This document shows positions 19,213 to 29,496 of a stretch of 64,000 nt of DNA, in pieces (position 1 is the stretch's first letter; each line of letters starts with the position of its first letter). Source of the DNA: Gemmatimonadales bacterium. GTDB taxonomy: Bacteria; Gemmatimonadota; Gemmatimonadetes; Gemmatimonadales; GWC2-71-9. The position numbers and the translations under genes are program-made. The stretch spans positions 2,848,001-2,912,000 of the forward strand of contig OZ252244.1 in assembly GCA_965249575.1 (NCBI GenBank). The letters run 5' to 3'. The notes under the pieces are model-generated. The model worked only from the letters and a program-made list of their open reading frames with translations, was not told the origin of the DNA and made no database searches.

Positions 19213-20352
19213 GTGAGGCGGTGGTGCAGTACCCTGACCGCGGCGCTAATCTGGTTGGGTGTAGTGGCCCCCGCGTCGCAGGCGGCGACAAGGGCACAAG
19301 GAGTGCCGGGCCCCCGCGCTGGCCCGGCGGCAGTGTCCCGCGCCCTGGTCGATTCCGCCGTGACCGCCCAGGGCATCCCCGGCCTATCAATCGCGTTGAG
19401 TATCCGAGGCGTGCCGGTCTGGTCGGAGGGGTTCGGATCGGCCGATCTAGCGTTGCGGGTACCCGCTAATGCCGCGACTCGTTTTCGGATCGCGAGTGTT
19501 TCGAAGTCGCTCACGGCGGCCGCGCTAATCCGCTTGGTGGAGGACGGCCGCCTCGATCTGGACGCCCCCATCCATCAGTACGTTTCCAGGTTCGCCGAGG
19601 CCGCTCAGCCACCGGTCACGCTCCGTCTGCTGAGCGGCCATTTGGCAGGCGTGCGCCATCGGACGACTGCCGAGTTAATGAGCAACGAGCCGGTTGCCTC
19701 GGTGGCCTCCGGTCTCGAGGTATTCCTCAACGACCCGCTCCTCTTCGAGCCAGGCGCCCGGTTCTCCTACTCCGATTACGGATGGTCGCTGATCAGCGCC
19801 GCCATTGAAGCTGGGTCGGGGTCGGATTTCCTCACGTACATGCGTCGCGCCGTCTTCGCCCCGCTCGGGATGCTCAATACCGGCCCGGACCATTCCGACC
19901 GGATCGTCCCGGGGCGAACGAGCTTCTACGAGCGCGCTCCGGGTGGGGCGGTCGCGCACGCGCCGCCGGTGAACAACAGCAATCGGTGGGCTGCGACAGG
20001 GTTCTTGTCCACCGCTGAGGACTTGGCGCGGTTCGGAAGCGCGCTCCTCGAGCCGGGGTTCTTGTCGTCGGACGGCCTGCGTACGCTGTTTACGTCGCAA
20101 CGCACTGTGGACGGCGCCGCGACGGGCTACGGGGTCGGGTGGCGAGTGGGATCCGTCAACGGACGGCCCGCTGTCTGGCACGTGGGGAATGGCGTGGGAG
20201 CGACCTGCCTACTGATGATTTACCCTGGCGAGCGCTTGGTCTTGGCGGCAATCGCCAACGTTTCGGGTGCCGGGCTGACGGCTCCGGGTGCGAATCCCGG
20301 CGAGCTTCCCGTTCGGATCGCGGACCTGTTCCTCGAGCTCCGAGATCGTTAG
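19213..20352 (+). CDS. Secreted serine hydrolase, beta-lactamase family
   Basis: Signal peptide; IASVSK (SxxK), LSGHLAG, FSYSD, WHVG. Confidence 0.9.
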   Translation: MRRWCSTLTAALIWLGVVAPASQAATRAQGVPGPRAGPAAVSRALVDSAVTAQGIPGLSIALSIRGVPVWSEGFGSADLALRVPANAATRFRIASVSKSLTAAALIRLVEDGRLDLDAPIHQYVSRFAEAAQPPVTLRLLSGHLAGVRHRTTAELMSNEPVASVASGLEVFLNDPLLFEPGARFSYSDYGWSLISAAIEAGSGSDFLTYMRRAVFAPLGMLNTGPDHSDRIVPGRTSFYERAPGGAVAHAPPVNNSNRWAATGFLSTAEDLARFGSALLEPGFLSSDGLRTLFTSQRTVDGAATGYGVGWRVGSVNGRPAVWHVGNGVGATCLLMIYPGERLVLAAIANVSGAGLTAPGANPGELPVRIADLFLELRDR

Positions 20353-21431
20353 ACCGACCCGTCAGGTGGCGCCGACGCCAGGCTGCCGTCGATACGTGGA
20401 TCGACGATGATCTTGAGCGATTCCCGTCCGTCGAGCGCCATGTCGAATCCCCGTTGAATCTCTTCCAGCGGGAGCCGATGGGTCACGAGCCGCTCCACGC
20501 CCGTTTGCCCGCTCGCGATGAGCGAGAGCGCCGCCTCGAGGTCCCTGGGGGCGGCACCGTAGGAGCTCGTGAGCGTCACGTCGTTCCGCCAGAACACGGT
20601 GTCGAACGGTAGCGGCAGTGTCTGGTCGGGTCCCATCGGTGCAAAAAATAGGACCGTGCCTCCCCTATCCGCTGCAGCGAGCGCCTGATCGACGGCCCCG
20701 CGGGCTCCGGTGCAGACGATGACGCAATCGGCACCGTGACCGAGGTCCCTGCGGATCAACTGGGGGACCGCGTCGCCTGCGTCCAGCACCCGATCGGCTC
20801 CGAGGTCCTCGGCTAACCTGCGGCGGGCGGGTTGGATGTCGGACACGAAGATCTTCCGAGCGTTGCGCGCACGTGCGGCGAGCATGTGGAGGATACCCGA
20901 GACACCGGCACCCAAGATCAGAATGGTGTCACCCTCTGAGATCCCCGCCTTGCGCTGGCCCCGGAGCACGCACCCGAGCGGCTCCACGAAACTCGCCGCG
21001 TCATCCGAGACGTGGTCCGGGATAGTGAGCGCTCCGCGCTGCACGTTGGGCGCGGGAACGCGGATGTACGCGGCGAAACCTCCGGGGTCGAAATTGGTCT
21101 TTCGGAGCATGTCGCACATCGTTTCTCTTCCGCTCCGGCAGTAGCGGCAGTCGAGGCAGGGAACATGATGCGTGACGACAACTCGCCCATTCGTTCGGTA
21201 GCGGTCGACATCGTCGCCAACCGCCACGACTCGTCCGGCCACCTCGTGTCCCAAGACCGCGGGTGCTTTCGGGCGGCGATACCACTCGAGCAGATCGCTG
21301 CCGCAAATCCCGCTCGCATGCACCGCGACCAAAATCTCGCCACGCCCGGGGGCGGGAATCGGACGGTTCTCGAGCCGAAGGTCGCGATTCGTGTAGTAGA
21401 CGGCGACGCGATTGTGGGTGGGGAGAGCCAT
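20349..21431 (-). CDS. Zn-dependent (sugar-)alcohol dehydrogenase, MDR family
   Basis: GICGSD, GHE, structural-Zn CxxCxxC...C, GAGVSG. Confidence 0.92.
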   Translation of the reverse strand: MALPTHNRVAVYYTNRDLRLENRPIPAPGRGEILVAVHASGICGSDLLEWYRRPKAPAVLGHEVAGRVVAVGDDVDRYRTNGRVVVTHHVPCLDCRYCRSGRETMCDMLRKTNFDPGGFAAYIRVPAPNVQRGALTIPDHVSDDAASFVEPLGCVLRGQRKAGISEGDTILILGAGVSGILHMLAARARNARKIFVSDIQPARRRLAEDLGADRVLDAGDAVPQLIRRDLGHGADCVIVCTGARGAVDQALAAADRGGTVLFFAPMGPDQTLPLPFDTVFWRNDVTLTSSYGAAPRDLEAALSLIASGQTGVERLVTHRLPLEEIQRGFDMALDGRESLKIIVDPRIDGSLASAPPDGSV

Positions 21432-21436
21432 CTGGC

Positions 21437-22273
21437 TCAGACGGGCTGGGCCTCTCGGTGATGCTTGAGCCGCTCCAGCAGCTCATGCGCTTCTCCCGGG
21501 CTCGCGCCTTCATGCACCACCGCTCGGAGCGCACGCATCATGGGGACTGGATGATCGGATTGCCACACGTTTCGTCCCATGTCGACGCCTACGGCGCCCT
21601 GCTCGAGGGCCGCGTGCGCGAGCTCGAGCGCGTCGAGGTCCGTTTCGAGCTTGGGGCCGCCAGCGATGACGACCGGTATGGGACACGAGTCTACGACACG
21701 GCTGAAGTCGTCGCAGTAATAGGTCTTGACGAAGTGCGCACCCAATTCGGCGGCGATGCGGCAGCACAGCCCCAGGTAACGCGCGTCGCGCTTCTCCAGC
21801 TCCTTCCCGACGGCTGTGACGGCAAGCACCGGGAGCCCCAGCTCCGTACTCTCGTCCACCAGGCGTGCGAGGTTCGCCAGGGTCTGATGTTCGTGCGCGC
21901 TTCCGACGAAAACCGACAGCGCTACCGCGCTCGCGTTGATGCGAACCGCATCACGCACAGACGTCGTGATCGTCTCGTTGGATAAATCCTGTCCGATGAT
22001 CGACGAGCCGCCAGAAACCCGCAGGACGAGAGGGACGCCGATCGTCGCGGGCACGCAGTTCCGGACCACCCCCCGTGTGACCATCAGGGCGTCGGCGTGC
22101 GGGATGAGGGGGGCGATCGTTTCCCCGGGTTTTTCCAGACGGCTAATCGGACCCAGGAAATAGCCGTGATCGACGGCCAGCATTACGGTTCGACCCTCCG
22201 GCGGCCGGAGGATACGGCTTAGTCGGTTCTCTAATCCCCAGTCCACTCGTGACTCCGTGAGAATATTGTCCAA
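21437..22273 (-). CDS. lsrF: LsrF-like class I aldolase/thiolase
   Basis: DWGLENRL, MLAVDHGYFLGP, AAELGAHFVKTYY, IAGGPK, DMGRNVWQ. Confidence 0.85.
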   Translation of the reverse strand: MDNILTESRVDWGLENRLSRILRPPEGRTVMLAVDHGYFLGPISRLEKPGETIAPLIPHADALMVTRGVVRNCVPATIGVPLVLRVSGGSSIIGQDLSNETITTSVRDAVRINASAVALSVFVGSAHEHQTLANLARLVDESTELGLPVLAVTAVGKELEKRDARYLGLCCRIAAELGAHFVKTYYCDDFSRVVDSCPIPVVIAGGPKLETDLDALELAHAALEQGAVGVDMGRNVWQSDHPVPMMRALRAVVHEGASPGEAHELLERLKHHREAQPV

Positions 22274-22349
22274 TGTAGCCTGGCGAGCATCGTTTCGCCC
22301 GCACCGGCCTTCTGGCCCCGCGCGTCAACCCGGGGAGAATCCCGGAAGC

Positions 22350-24110
22350 TCATGAACGCAGGCGCCTATTCCGCGGATACGGAAAGATGTCCGGCACCTC
22401 ACCCGCGCGGTGCCGGTTCTGGATGTCGAGCCAGAATCGCGGCGTGAACAGATGTGCGTATCGCTCGAGAAACAGTTTTCTCCGCGCGCCGCTGAATCCG
22501 AGAAAGGAGACGAACTCTTCAGGAAAGATGTCGTTCGGCCCCACGTAGAACCACGGTTCCGCGCTCATCTCCTCGTCGACCGTCCGAGGCGTAGGTAGCT
22601 CGCGGAACTGATAATCTGCCAGAAGGCCGATCTCGTCGTAGTCATAGAAGATGACCCTGCCGTGGCGGCTCACACCAAAGTTCTTGGCGAGGAGGTCGCC
22701 GGGAAAGATGTTCGTCGACGCCAGGTCGACGATCGCCTCGCCGTAATCGAGAACCGCATGCGTCGCCCGCGCCGAATCGGCTTCGCGGAGGTAGATGTCG
22801 AGCGGTGTCATTCGCCGTTCCGCATACAGGTGCTTGATGACGACGGTCTCTGCTTCGATACTGACACTGCTCCCCGCGCTCTCGACGAGCTCCGCAAGGA
22901 GATCTCGAGTGAAGCGCTCCTTCGCGAACACGAGATGCTCGAATTCCTGGGCGTCCGCGAGCCGGCCTGCACGGTCGTGCTTGAAGACGAGCTCATAGCG
23001 TCGCATCACGTCCCGGCGGGTCGTCCGTTTCGGATCGGCGAAGCTGTCCCGGATAACCTTGAAAACGAAATCGAAGGATGGCATCGTGAACACCGCCATG
23101 ACCATGCCCGGGGCGCCCGGGGTTGCTTCGAATGCATCGGATGTTTGCTTGAGATGGCGGAGCATCTCCCGATACAGCTCGGTCTTGCCGTGCTTGTTGT
23201 AGCCGAGTGCGATGTACAGCTCCGCGAGCGATTTGCGTGGTACGATCGAGCGCAGGAAGGCGATGACGTCCCGAGGACACTCGATGTCGACCTGGAAGTA
23301 GGAACGGCTGAACCCGAACACGACGCTCGCTTCATTCTCCGTGAGGAGCAACGCGTCCACGCCGACACCGTCGTCGGACGCCGTCAATGCGATGACGATG
23401 GGCATCAGGTGCCCGCGGCTGCGCATGCGTCCCACGAGATAGGCACCCTTTCCTCGAAAGAAGGGACTGGTAAGCACCTCGATCGCCTCGATTGGCTGGT
23501 GGACGCCCGCCTCGAACCGGTGCTCGTCGATCAGCTGTCCGGCCCGTGCGGCATCCCCATCGGCGTCGCGGTACCGCACGCTCCAGTCGAGATCGAGCAG
23601 TGCGGCACGGATCAATCCCGCGGTCGTGGGTTGGCGCTGATAGACGCGAAACGGAGGACTGTCGGGTGAGCTGCGCGACCAGCGGTCGGACGCGATGAAT
23701 TCGATGCGAGGGTCCACGCCGACCGTATCGAAGATTTTCCGCGTAATGGAGTTGAAGAAGGTTTCGGCGAGTTCAGCATCCGAGCGGCCAGCAATAGCCC
23801 GGACGTAGAGTCGCCGCATCCGACTCCAAACCTCGCGATCATCCTCCCGACCGGCCAGGACCCGCTTCACGTCGGCGACCACGTCCTTCACGATGCTGCC
23901 GTAGAGCTCGAGGCGCTGCAGGGCGTCGCGTCGCATGCCGTGCCAGTCCCGCCGCTCGAAGCGTTCCTGGGCTCGGCGGGTGATGTCTCGGAATTCCTGG
24001 GAATAGGCCTCGTACCCGCGGCAGATCGCATGCGTACCGGCGCGAGCCGGAGAGCGATCAGCGGGGGGGGGTATGGCGCCTGGGCGGGTAGCCGGACGTC
24101 GTTCAACCAT
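22350..24110 (-). CDS. aceK: Isocitrate dehydrogenase kinase/phosphatase
   Basis: AETFFNSITR, GYNKHGKTELYR, PGMVMAVF, FKVIRD, NIFPGDLLAKNFG, FYDYDE. Confidence 0.96.
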   Translation of the reverse strand: MVERRPATRPGAIPPPADRSPARAGTHAICRGYEAYSQEFRDITRRAQERFERRDWHGMRRDALQRLELYGSIVKDVVADVKRVLAGREDDREVWSRMRRLYVRAIAGRSDAELAETFFNSITRKIFDTVGVDPRIEFIASDRWSRSSPDSPPFRVYQRQPTTAGLIRAALLDLDWSVRYRDADGDAARAGQLIDEHRFEAGVHQPIEAIEVLTSPFFRGKGAYLVGRMRSRGHLMPIVIALTASDDGVGVDALLLTENEASVVFGFSRSYFQVDIECPRDVIAFLRSIVPRKSLAELYIALGYNKHGKTELYREMLRHLKQTSDAFEATPGAPGMVMAVFTMPSFDFVFKVIRDSFADPKRTTRRDVMRRYELVFKHDRAGRLADAQEFEHLVFAKERFTRDLLAELVESAGSSVSIEAETVVIKHLYAERRMTPLDIYLREADSARATHAVLDYGEAIVDLASTNIFPGDLLAKNFGVSRHGRVIFYDYDEIGLLADYQFRELPTPRTVDEEMSAEPWFYVGPNDIFPEEFVSFLGFSGARRKLFLERYAHLFTPRFWLDIQNRHRAGEVPDIFPYPRNRRLRS

Positions 24111-24192
24111 GGTGCAGCGACTGGTCCGGGCGCGTTTGCGCAGTGCGTAGGGGCGATATCGCGTCGGTCGTGTAGATCGCCGCCGCTCCTTA

Positions 24193-25665
24193 CTAGCCGA
24201 GCGCGACTGACACGTACTTCACGTCGAGAAACTCGTCCAGGCCTAACCGTCCCCCCTCGCGTCCGAGGCCGGAGAACTTCACGCCGCCGAAGGGCGCCTG
24301 GACGGCGGACGGAATCCCGTCGTTGACACCCACGATTCCGTACTCGAGGGCTTCCGAGACCCGGTGCGCGCGGCTGAGATCCCGGGTCCAGAAATACGCG
24401 GCCAGACCATACGGGGTATCGTTGGCCAGCCGCACCGCCTCGGCTTCGTCCTGAAACGTCATGACCGGTGCGACCGGACCAAAGGTCTCCTCCCGCATGA
24501 GCCGCATGCCCGGTCCAACACCATCCAAGACGGTCGGTTCGTAATACAAGCCTTCCATAGCCTTGCCGCCGACCAGCGGCTTCGCGCCCTTCCGTACGGC
24601 GTCCTGCACGTGGGAGGCGACCTTTGATAGTCCCTGCTGGTCGACCAGCGGGCCGATTTGAGTGGTTGCGTCCAGTGGGTCACCTACCCTGAGGTCGCGG
24701 ACCGCCTGCGTGAGGAGCTGGATGAACGGCTCGCGTACCTCCTCGTCGACGTAGATCCGGTTCGTGCACACACACGTCTGTCCCGCGTTGCGGAACTTAC
24801 ATGCCACCACTTCCCGGACTGCGGCGTCCAGGTCGGCGTCCGCGAATACGATGAAGGGCGCGTGACCGCCGAGCTCGAGGGCGACGCGCTTCATCGTCTT
24901 GGCACACCGGCCGTAAAGCTCGATGCCTACCGCGGTCGATCCGGTGAACGTGAGCACACGGACGCGCTCGTCGTCGAGCAGTACTTGGGACACTGGAACC
25001 GGATCGAGCGCGGATAACACCTGGAGGGTCCCAGCAGGCCCGCCGGCGTCCCGCCAAAGTGTCGCGAGGTATATCGCCGTGAGAGGCGTCTGCTCAGCAG
25101 GTTTGATGATCACGGTGCACCCCACGGCGAGCGCCGGCGAAACTTTTCTCGTTATCATCGCCGCCGGAAAGTTCCATGGTGTGATGGCATACACTACGCC
25201 AGTCGGCTGTCGCAGGGTGGTCAGGCGTTTGTGGGCAACGTGGCTCGGGATCGTGTCGCCATACACGCGCCGGGCCTCCTCCGCGAACCACTCGACGAAT
25301 GCGGCCGCGTATTGGACCTCGCCCTTCGCCTCGGTTACCGGCTTCCCCATTTCAGCGGCCATCAGCCGGGCCAGCTCGTCTTGGTGCTCGAGGATCAGGT
25401 CGTGCCAGCGGTGCAGCACGGCGGCGCGTTCGACGGCCGTCCTGGTCTTCCACGTGGCGAACGCGCGAACAGCGCCCTCCGCCGCCGCTTTCGCCTGCGC
25501 CGAGCCGCAGTCGGCGACCTCGGTGAGCATGCTCCCGTCGATGGGGCTGTGAACCGGAAAGCGCCCGGGAGCCTCCGGCTGTCCGTCGGTAATGCGACGT
25601 GAAGCTTCGGTGCTCAACCGATCGCTCACGCCGCGAGACGACTCAGTATTGACCCGAATACTCAT
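24193..25665 (-). CDS. gabD: NAD(P)-dependent succinate-semialdehyde dehydrogenase
   Basis: Start MSIRVNT overlaps the hydantoinase B stop (ATGA). ITPWNFP, FTGST, LELGG, KFRNAGQTCVC, EETFGP. Confidence 0.88.
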   Translation of the reverse strand: MSIRVNTESSRGVSDRLSTEASRRITDGQPEAPGRFPVHSPIDGSMLTEVADCGSAQAKAAAEGAVRAFATWKTRTAVERAAVLHRWHDLILEHQDELARLMAAEMGKPVTEAKGEVQYAAAFVEWFAEEARRVYGDTIPSHVAHKRLTTLRQPTGVVYAITPWNFPAAMITRKVSPALAVGCTVIIKPAEQTPLTAIYLATLWRDAGGPAGTLQVLSALDPVPVSQVLLDDERVRVLTFTGSTAVGIELYGRCAKTMKRVALELGGHAPFIVFADADLDAAVREVVACKFRNAGQTCVCTNRIYVDEEVREPFIQLLTQAVRDLRVGDPLDATTQIGPLVDQQGLSKVASHVQDAVRKGAKPLVGGKAMEGLYYEPTVLDGVGPGMRLMREETFGPVAPVMTFQDEAEAVRLANDTPYGLAAYFWTRDLSRAHRVSEALEYGIVGVNDGIPSAVQAPFGGVKFSGLGREGGRLGLDEFLDVKYVSVALG

Positions 25666-27395
25666 GTGGTGCTCCCTTGCGTTCGCCGCCGCGCGGTGGC
25701 GGCCGCGTCGATCTCGTAGTCTTCGGGCAACCGCACGAGCTGTTCCGGCACGCCGAGGTACCGAATGACGACGCCGTACTCCTGCTCTGCCGCCTTCACT
25801 GAAACGTAGCCATTGATCACATCTTCCAAGACCCGTTCGGGCTCTCGCTCGAGCGGCGGCCCGTAGCCGCCTCCGCCCGGTGGATTGAGGCGCACTCGAG
25901 CGCCCGGCGCGAGGGTGAGCAAGGCCTTTGGTTGTGGCGCGTCGCTCCCGTCGATGGCGAACTCGCCCGGCGCCCCGGCCCCACCCCCCTCCAGTCCAGG
26001 CGCCGGGAACCGTATGCGGTCGATCATCGCCGACACGCTCCACGGGCCGTCCATTCGCTGGCCCATCTCGGTGCACTGCCCCAGGCCTCCCCGAAAGATA
26101 CCGGGACCGCCCGAATCGGTGCGCAGCTCCCGGCGATGCTGCACCAGGGGCGTCAGGGATTCGACTACCTCCGCCGGCACCCCGGCCACGCCGCTCGGAA
26201 ATCCGGTCGCGCTCAACCCATCTTTCGCCGCCCGAGCGCCCGCGCCGCCGCACTGAAACAGCGTGAAAGTGAACGACTCGTCCGACGGCCATCGTCCCCG
26301 CCACATGGTGATCCAGATCGGCTCGGCTCCGCCCGCCATGAGCCGGCCTGGCATGGCCGGGGCCAGAGCCCCGAAGATCACTCCCGGCAGGAAATGGCCG
26401 ATGATATGCCGCGAGGCCACGGCGGCCGGCTCCCTGCAATTGAGAATCGTGCCCTCGGGGGCCGTTACGTGCACCGGTCGAAAGGCGCCCTCGTTGTGCG
26501 GTACTTCCGGGTTGATCGCGGCTTTCACGGCGAATGATGCATATGCATGCGTGTAGTTGAGCACGACGTTGATCCCGCGGTGGCTCTCGGGCGACGAACC
26601 GGCGAAGTCGATGTGGATGTCTTCGTCCTCGACGGTCACGGCAACCTTGATTCGAATCGACTCCTCGAATCCGTCGCTCCAGGCTTCGTTCTCGTATGTC
26701 CCATTCGGGATTGGATGGATCGCGTCACGCAGCGCCCGCTCCGACCGGGAGATGATTTCATCGGCGAGCGGATCGATTGAATCCAATCCGAACTCCTCCA
26801 TGAAGTGGATGAGGCTTCGCGCCCCGACGGCGTTCGACGAGGCTTGCGCGTAGAGGTCGCCCACCGTCTCCTCGGGTGTGCGGACGTTGGCCCGGATGAT
26901 CTTCAACAGTTCAGCGTTGGGCTCGCCACCGGCGAACAACTTGGTCATCGGGATACGAAGCCCTTCCTCGAAGACTTCATGCGCCTCCGCCGACAGGATG
27001 CGGCCACCGATATCCGGAGCGTGGCAGGTGCTGGCGAAATAGGCAACGACCCGCCGCTTCCGAAACACCGGGGTGAGCACCGTCATGTCGTTCACCTGAC
27101 CGGCGGTGAGCCAGGGATCGTTGGTCAGCAGGACATCCCCCGGGTCGAGCGCCTCCTCCGGAAACTCCTTCAGGAAATGCCGGACTCCGGTGGCCATTGC
27201 ATTGATATGTCCGGGGGTGCCAGTGAGGGACTGGGCGATCATCGCACCCTTGGTATCGAACACCCCGCAGGCGAGGTCCTGAACCTCCCGTACCACCGTG
27301 CTGAACGCGGTCCGCATGAGGGTGACCTGCTGCTCGTTGGTTACGGAGAGGAGTCTGTTCCACAGGACTTCGAGGGCAATCGTGTCAAGCGTCAT
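25662..27395 (-). CDS. Hydantoinase B/oxoprolinase family subunit
   Basis: RTAFSTVVRE, TPGHIN, HAPDIGG, DSGGPGIFRGGLG, PGGGGYG. Confidence 0.93.
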   Translation of the reverse strand: MTLDTIALEVLWNRLLSVTNEQQVTLMRTAFSTVVREVQDLACGVFDTKGAMIAQSLTGTPGHINAMATGVRHFLKEFPEEALDPGDVLLTNDPWLTAGQVNDMTVLTPVFRKRRVVAYFASTCHAPDIGGRILSAEAHEVFEEGLRIPMTKLFAGGEPNAELLKIIRANVRTPEETVGDLYAQASSNAVGARSLIHFMEEFGLDSIDPLADEIISRSERALRDAIHPIPNGTYENEAWSDGFEESIRIKVAVTVEDEDIHIDFAGSSPESHRGINVVLNYTHAYASFAVKAAINPEVPHNEGAFRPVHVTAPEGTILNCREPAAVASRHIIGHFLPGVIFGALAPAMPGRLMAGGAEPIWITMWRGRWPSDESFTFTLFQCGGAGARAAKDGLSATGFPSGVAGVPAEVVESLTPLVQHRRELRTDSGGPGIFRGGLGQCTEMGQRMDGPWSVSAMIDRIRFPAPGLEGGGAGAPGEFAIDGSDAPQPKALLTLAPGARVRLNPPGGGGYGPPLEREPERVLEDVINGYVSVKAAEQEYGVVIRYLGVPEQLVRLPEDYEIDAAATARRRTQGSTT

Positions 27396-29496
27396 CGGAC
27401 ATCACCAGATTCCACTCGGGGTCGACGGTGCATCGGGCGCCGGGCAGCACGATCGCCGTGGACTCCCGTTCCTCGATGATGGCTGGGCCGTCGACGCGCG
27501 CGCCTGGGCTGAGGCGGTACCGGTCGTACACACGTGTCTCGGTGTGCCCGCCCAACTCGGGGAAGTAGGCGGACCGGGTGCCTTTACGGCTCGCTCTACC
27601 GACTCCCTTCTCCGGCGTGGTCATCGCGAGGCGGAGCTGAGGCTCCGGTCCGGAGCACGTGACCCTCCAACTAATCACCTCGAGGGGGACCGGTGGGCCG
27701 AGGCGGCCGTAGCGCTCCTGATAGGTCGACGCAAACGCAGCCTCAAGCGGAACCCGCAAGTCCTCGTTGAGCCGGCCCTCGGGTACGGGTACTCTGATTT
27801 CGTGGCCCTGCCCGACATACCGCATGTCCGCCTCACGCCGGGATGTGATGTCCCCCCGTGGGACACCCGACCCGGCCAGGAGCTCTCGCCCCTCACCTTC
27901 CATGTCATCAAAGAGGGCGTTGACTCGCGTCCAATCGATCCCATCCACCCGAGCCCGCCAGGGACGCACGAAGTCGAACGCCAAGGGAGCGCTCAGGAAT
28001 CCGACGGTGCTGACCACTCCCGCCCCGAAAGGTGCCACGACCGCCGGCGAGCCCAACGCCCGTGCGATACGATGCCCGTGGACGGGGCCCGCACCGCCGA
28101 ACGCAAACAGAGGGAATCGCCGGGGGTCCCTTCCTCGCTCCAGCACGTGCACTCGTGCGGCATTCGCCATGCTCTGGTTGACGACCTGGTGGATTCCCCA
28201 AGCCGCCTCTTCGACGGTGAGACTCAGCGGCGCGGCAATGCGCTCTTGAATCGCGCGGCGTGCGGCGTCGAGGTCGAGGCTCATCGCGCCGCCCAGGAAG
28301 AAGCCGGGATCGAGATATCCCAGGATTAGGTCGGCGTCGGTCACGGTTGGCTCCGTCCCGCCCCGCCCATAACACGCGGGCCCCGGCTCTGCGCCGGCGG
28401 AGTCGGGCCCGACTTTCAGGAGTCCCAAGCTGTCGACCCTGGCGATGGATCCGCCGCCAGCCCCGATCTCGATCATCTCGATCACGGGTACCTTCGCCGG
28501 GAGGCCGGAGCCCTTCTTGAAACGGTATACCCGGTCGAACTCGAACTCTTGGGCGAGGAGGGGCTGCCCGTCGTCGATCACGCAGAACTTGGCGGTCGTA
28601 CCGCCCATATCGAATGACAGGAGATCAGGCGTTCCGCACGCGACGCCATAGCGGGCGGCGGCCAGTGCTCCCGCGGCCGGCCCGGACTCGAGAAGCCTGA
28701 CAGGGAACCGGACCGCCGTTTCGACGGTCCCGAGTCCACCGCTCGAGAGCATCAGGAAGAAACTTCCGGTGAAGCCAGACCGGCGCAGGCGGTCCTGCAA
28801 TTCACGCAGGTACTCCTCGACTGGTCCCTGGACGTAGACGTTCGCGACGGTAGTTGAGGTGCGCTCGAATTCCCGGATCTCCGGTGCCACTTCCGACGAG
28901 ATCGAAACGCGGAGGCCGGCAGCCCCACCCCGCAGCGCCTCGCGCGCGGCGCGCTCGGTCTCAGGGTTGGCAAAGCTGTTGAGAAACGCGATGGCAACCG
29001 CTTCCACACCTCGGTCGGAAAGCTCACGCGCCAGACGCGCGACGTGCTGGCGATCGACGGGTGTTGCTACGCTCCCGTCGGCCAGCGTGCGCTCGGGCAC
29101 GTCGAAGCGCAGGTGACGCGGAACCAAGGGGCGGGGCAGCTCAATGCTCAGATCGTACAGCTCGTAGCGTTGCTCCCGCCCGATCTCGAGAGTGTCCCGG
29201 AACCCCGCGGTGGCCAGCAGCGCCGTTCGCGACCCCTTCCGTTCAATGATGGCGTTGGTGACCAGCGTGGTGCCGTGGACAACATGCTGGATCTCGGCCG
29301 CCGACACGCCGGCTCGGTCCAGTGTGTCGAGCATCACACCCTCGATTCCTTGGGAAGGATCGCTCGGTGTTGTGAGGACCTTTCCGACCGCGAATCGCCC
29401 GGTGGCGTCGTCCAGTACCAAAAAATCGGTGAAGGTGCCGCCGACGTCGACCCCGACGCGATGCCGGATGCCCCGATTCGTTGGGGCCTCAGCCAT
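27385..29496 (-). CDS. Hydantoinase A/oxoprolinase family ATP-binding subunit
   Basis: DVGGTFTD, HGTT, ESGPAAG, DMGGTT, GAGGGSIA, FGGAGP. Confidence 0.94.
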   Translation of the reverse strand: MAEAPTNRGIRHRVGVDVGGTFTDFLVLDDATGRFAVGKVLTTPSDPSQGIEGVMLDTLDRAGVSAAEIQHVVHGTTLVTNAIIERKGSRTALLATAGFRDTLEIGREQRYELYDLSIELPRPLVPRHLRFDVPERTLADGSVATPVDRQHVARLARELSDRGVEAVAIAFLNSFANPETERAAREALRGGAAGLRVSISSEVAPEIREFERTSTTVANVYVQGPVEEYLRELQDRLRRSGFTGSFFLMLSSGGLGTVETAVRFPVRLLESGPAAGALAAARYGVACGTPDLLSFDMGGTTAKFCVIDDGQPLLAQEFEFDRVYRFKKGSGLPAKVPVIEMIEIGAGGGSIARVDSLGLLKVGPDSAGAEPGPACYGRGGTEPTVTDADLILGYLDPGFFLGGAMSLDLDAARRAIQERIAAPLSLTVEEAAWGIHQVVNQSMANAARVHVLERGRDPRRFPLFAFGGAGPVHGHRIARALGSPAVVAPFGAGVVSTVGFLSAPLAFDFVRPWRARVDGIDWTRVNALFDDMEGEGRELLAGSGVPRGDITSRREADMRYVGQGHEIRVPVPEGRLNEDLRVPLEAAFASTYQERYGRLGPPVPLEVISWRVTCSGPEPQLRLAMTTPEKGVGRASRKGTRSAYFPELGGHTETRVYDRYRLSPGARVDGPAIIEERESTAIVLPGARCTVDPEWNLVMSDDA

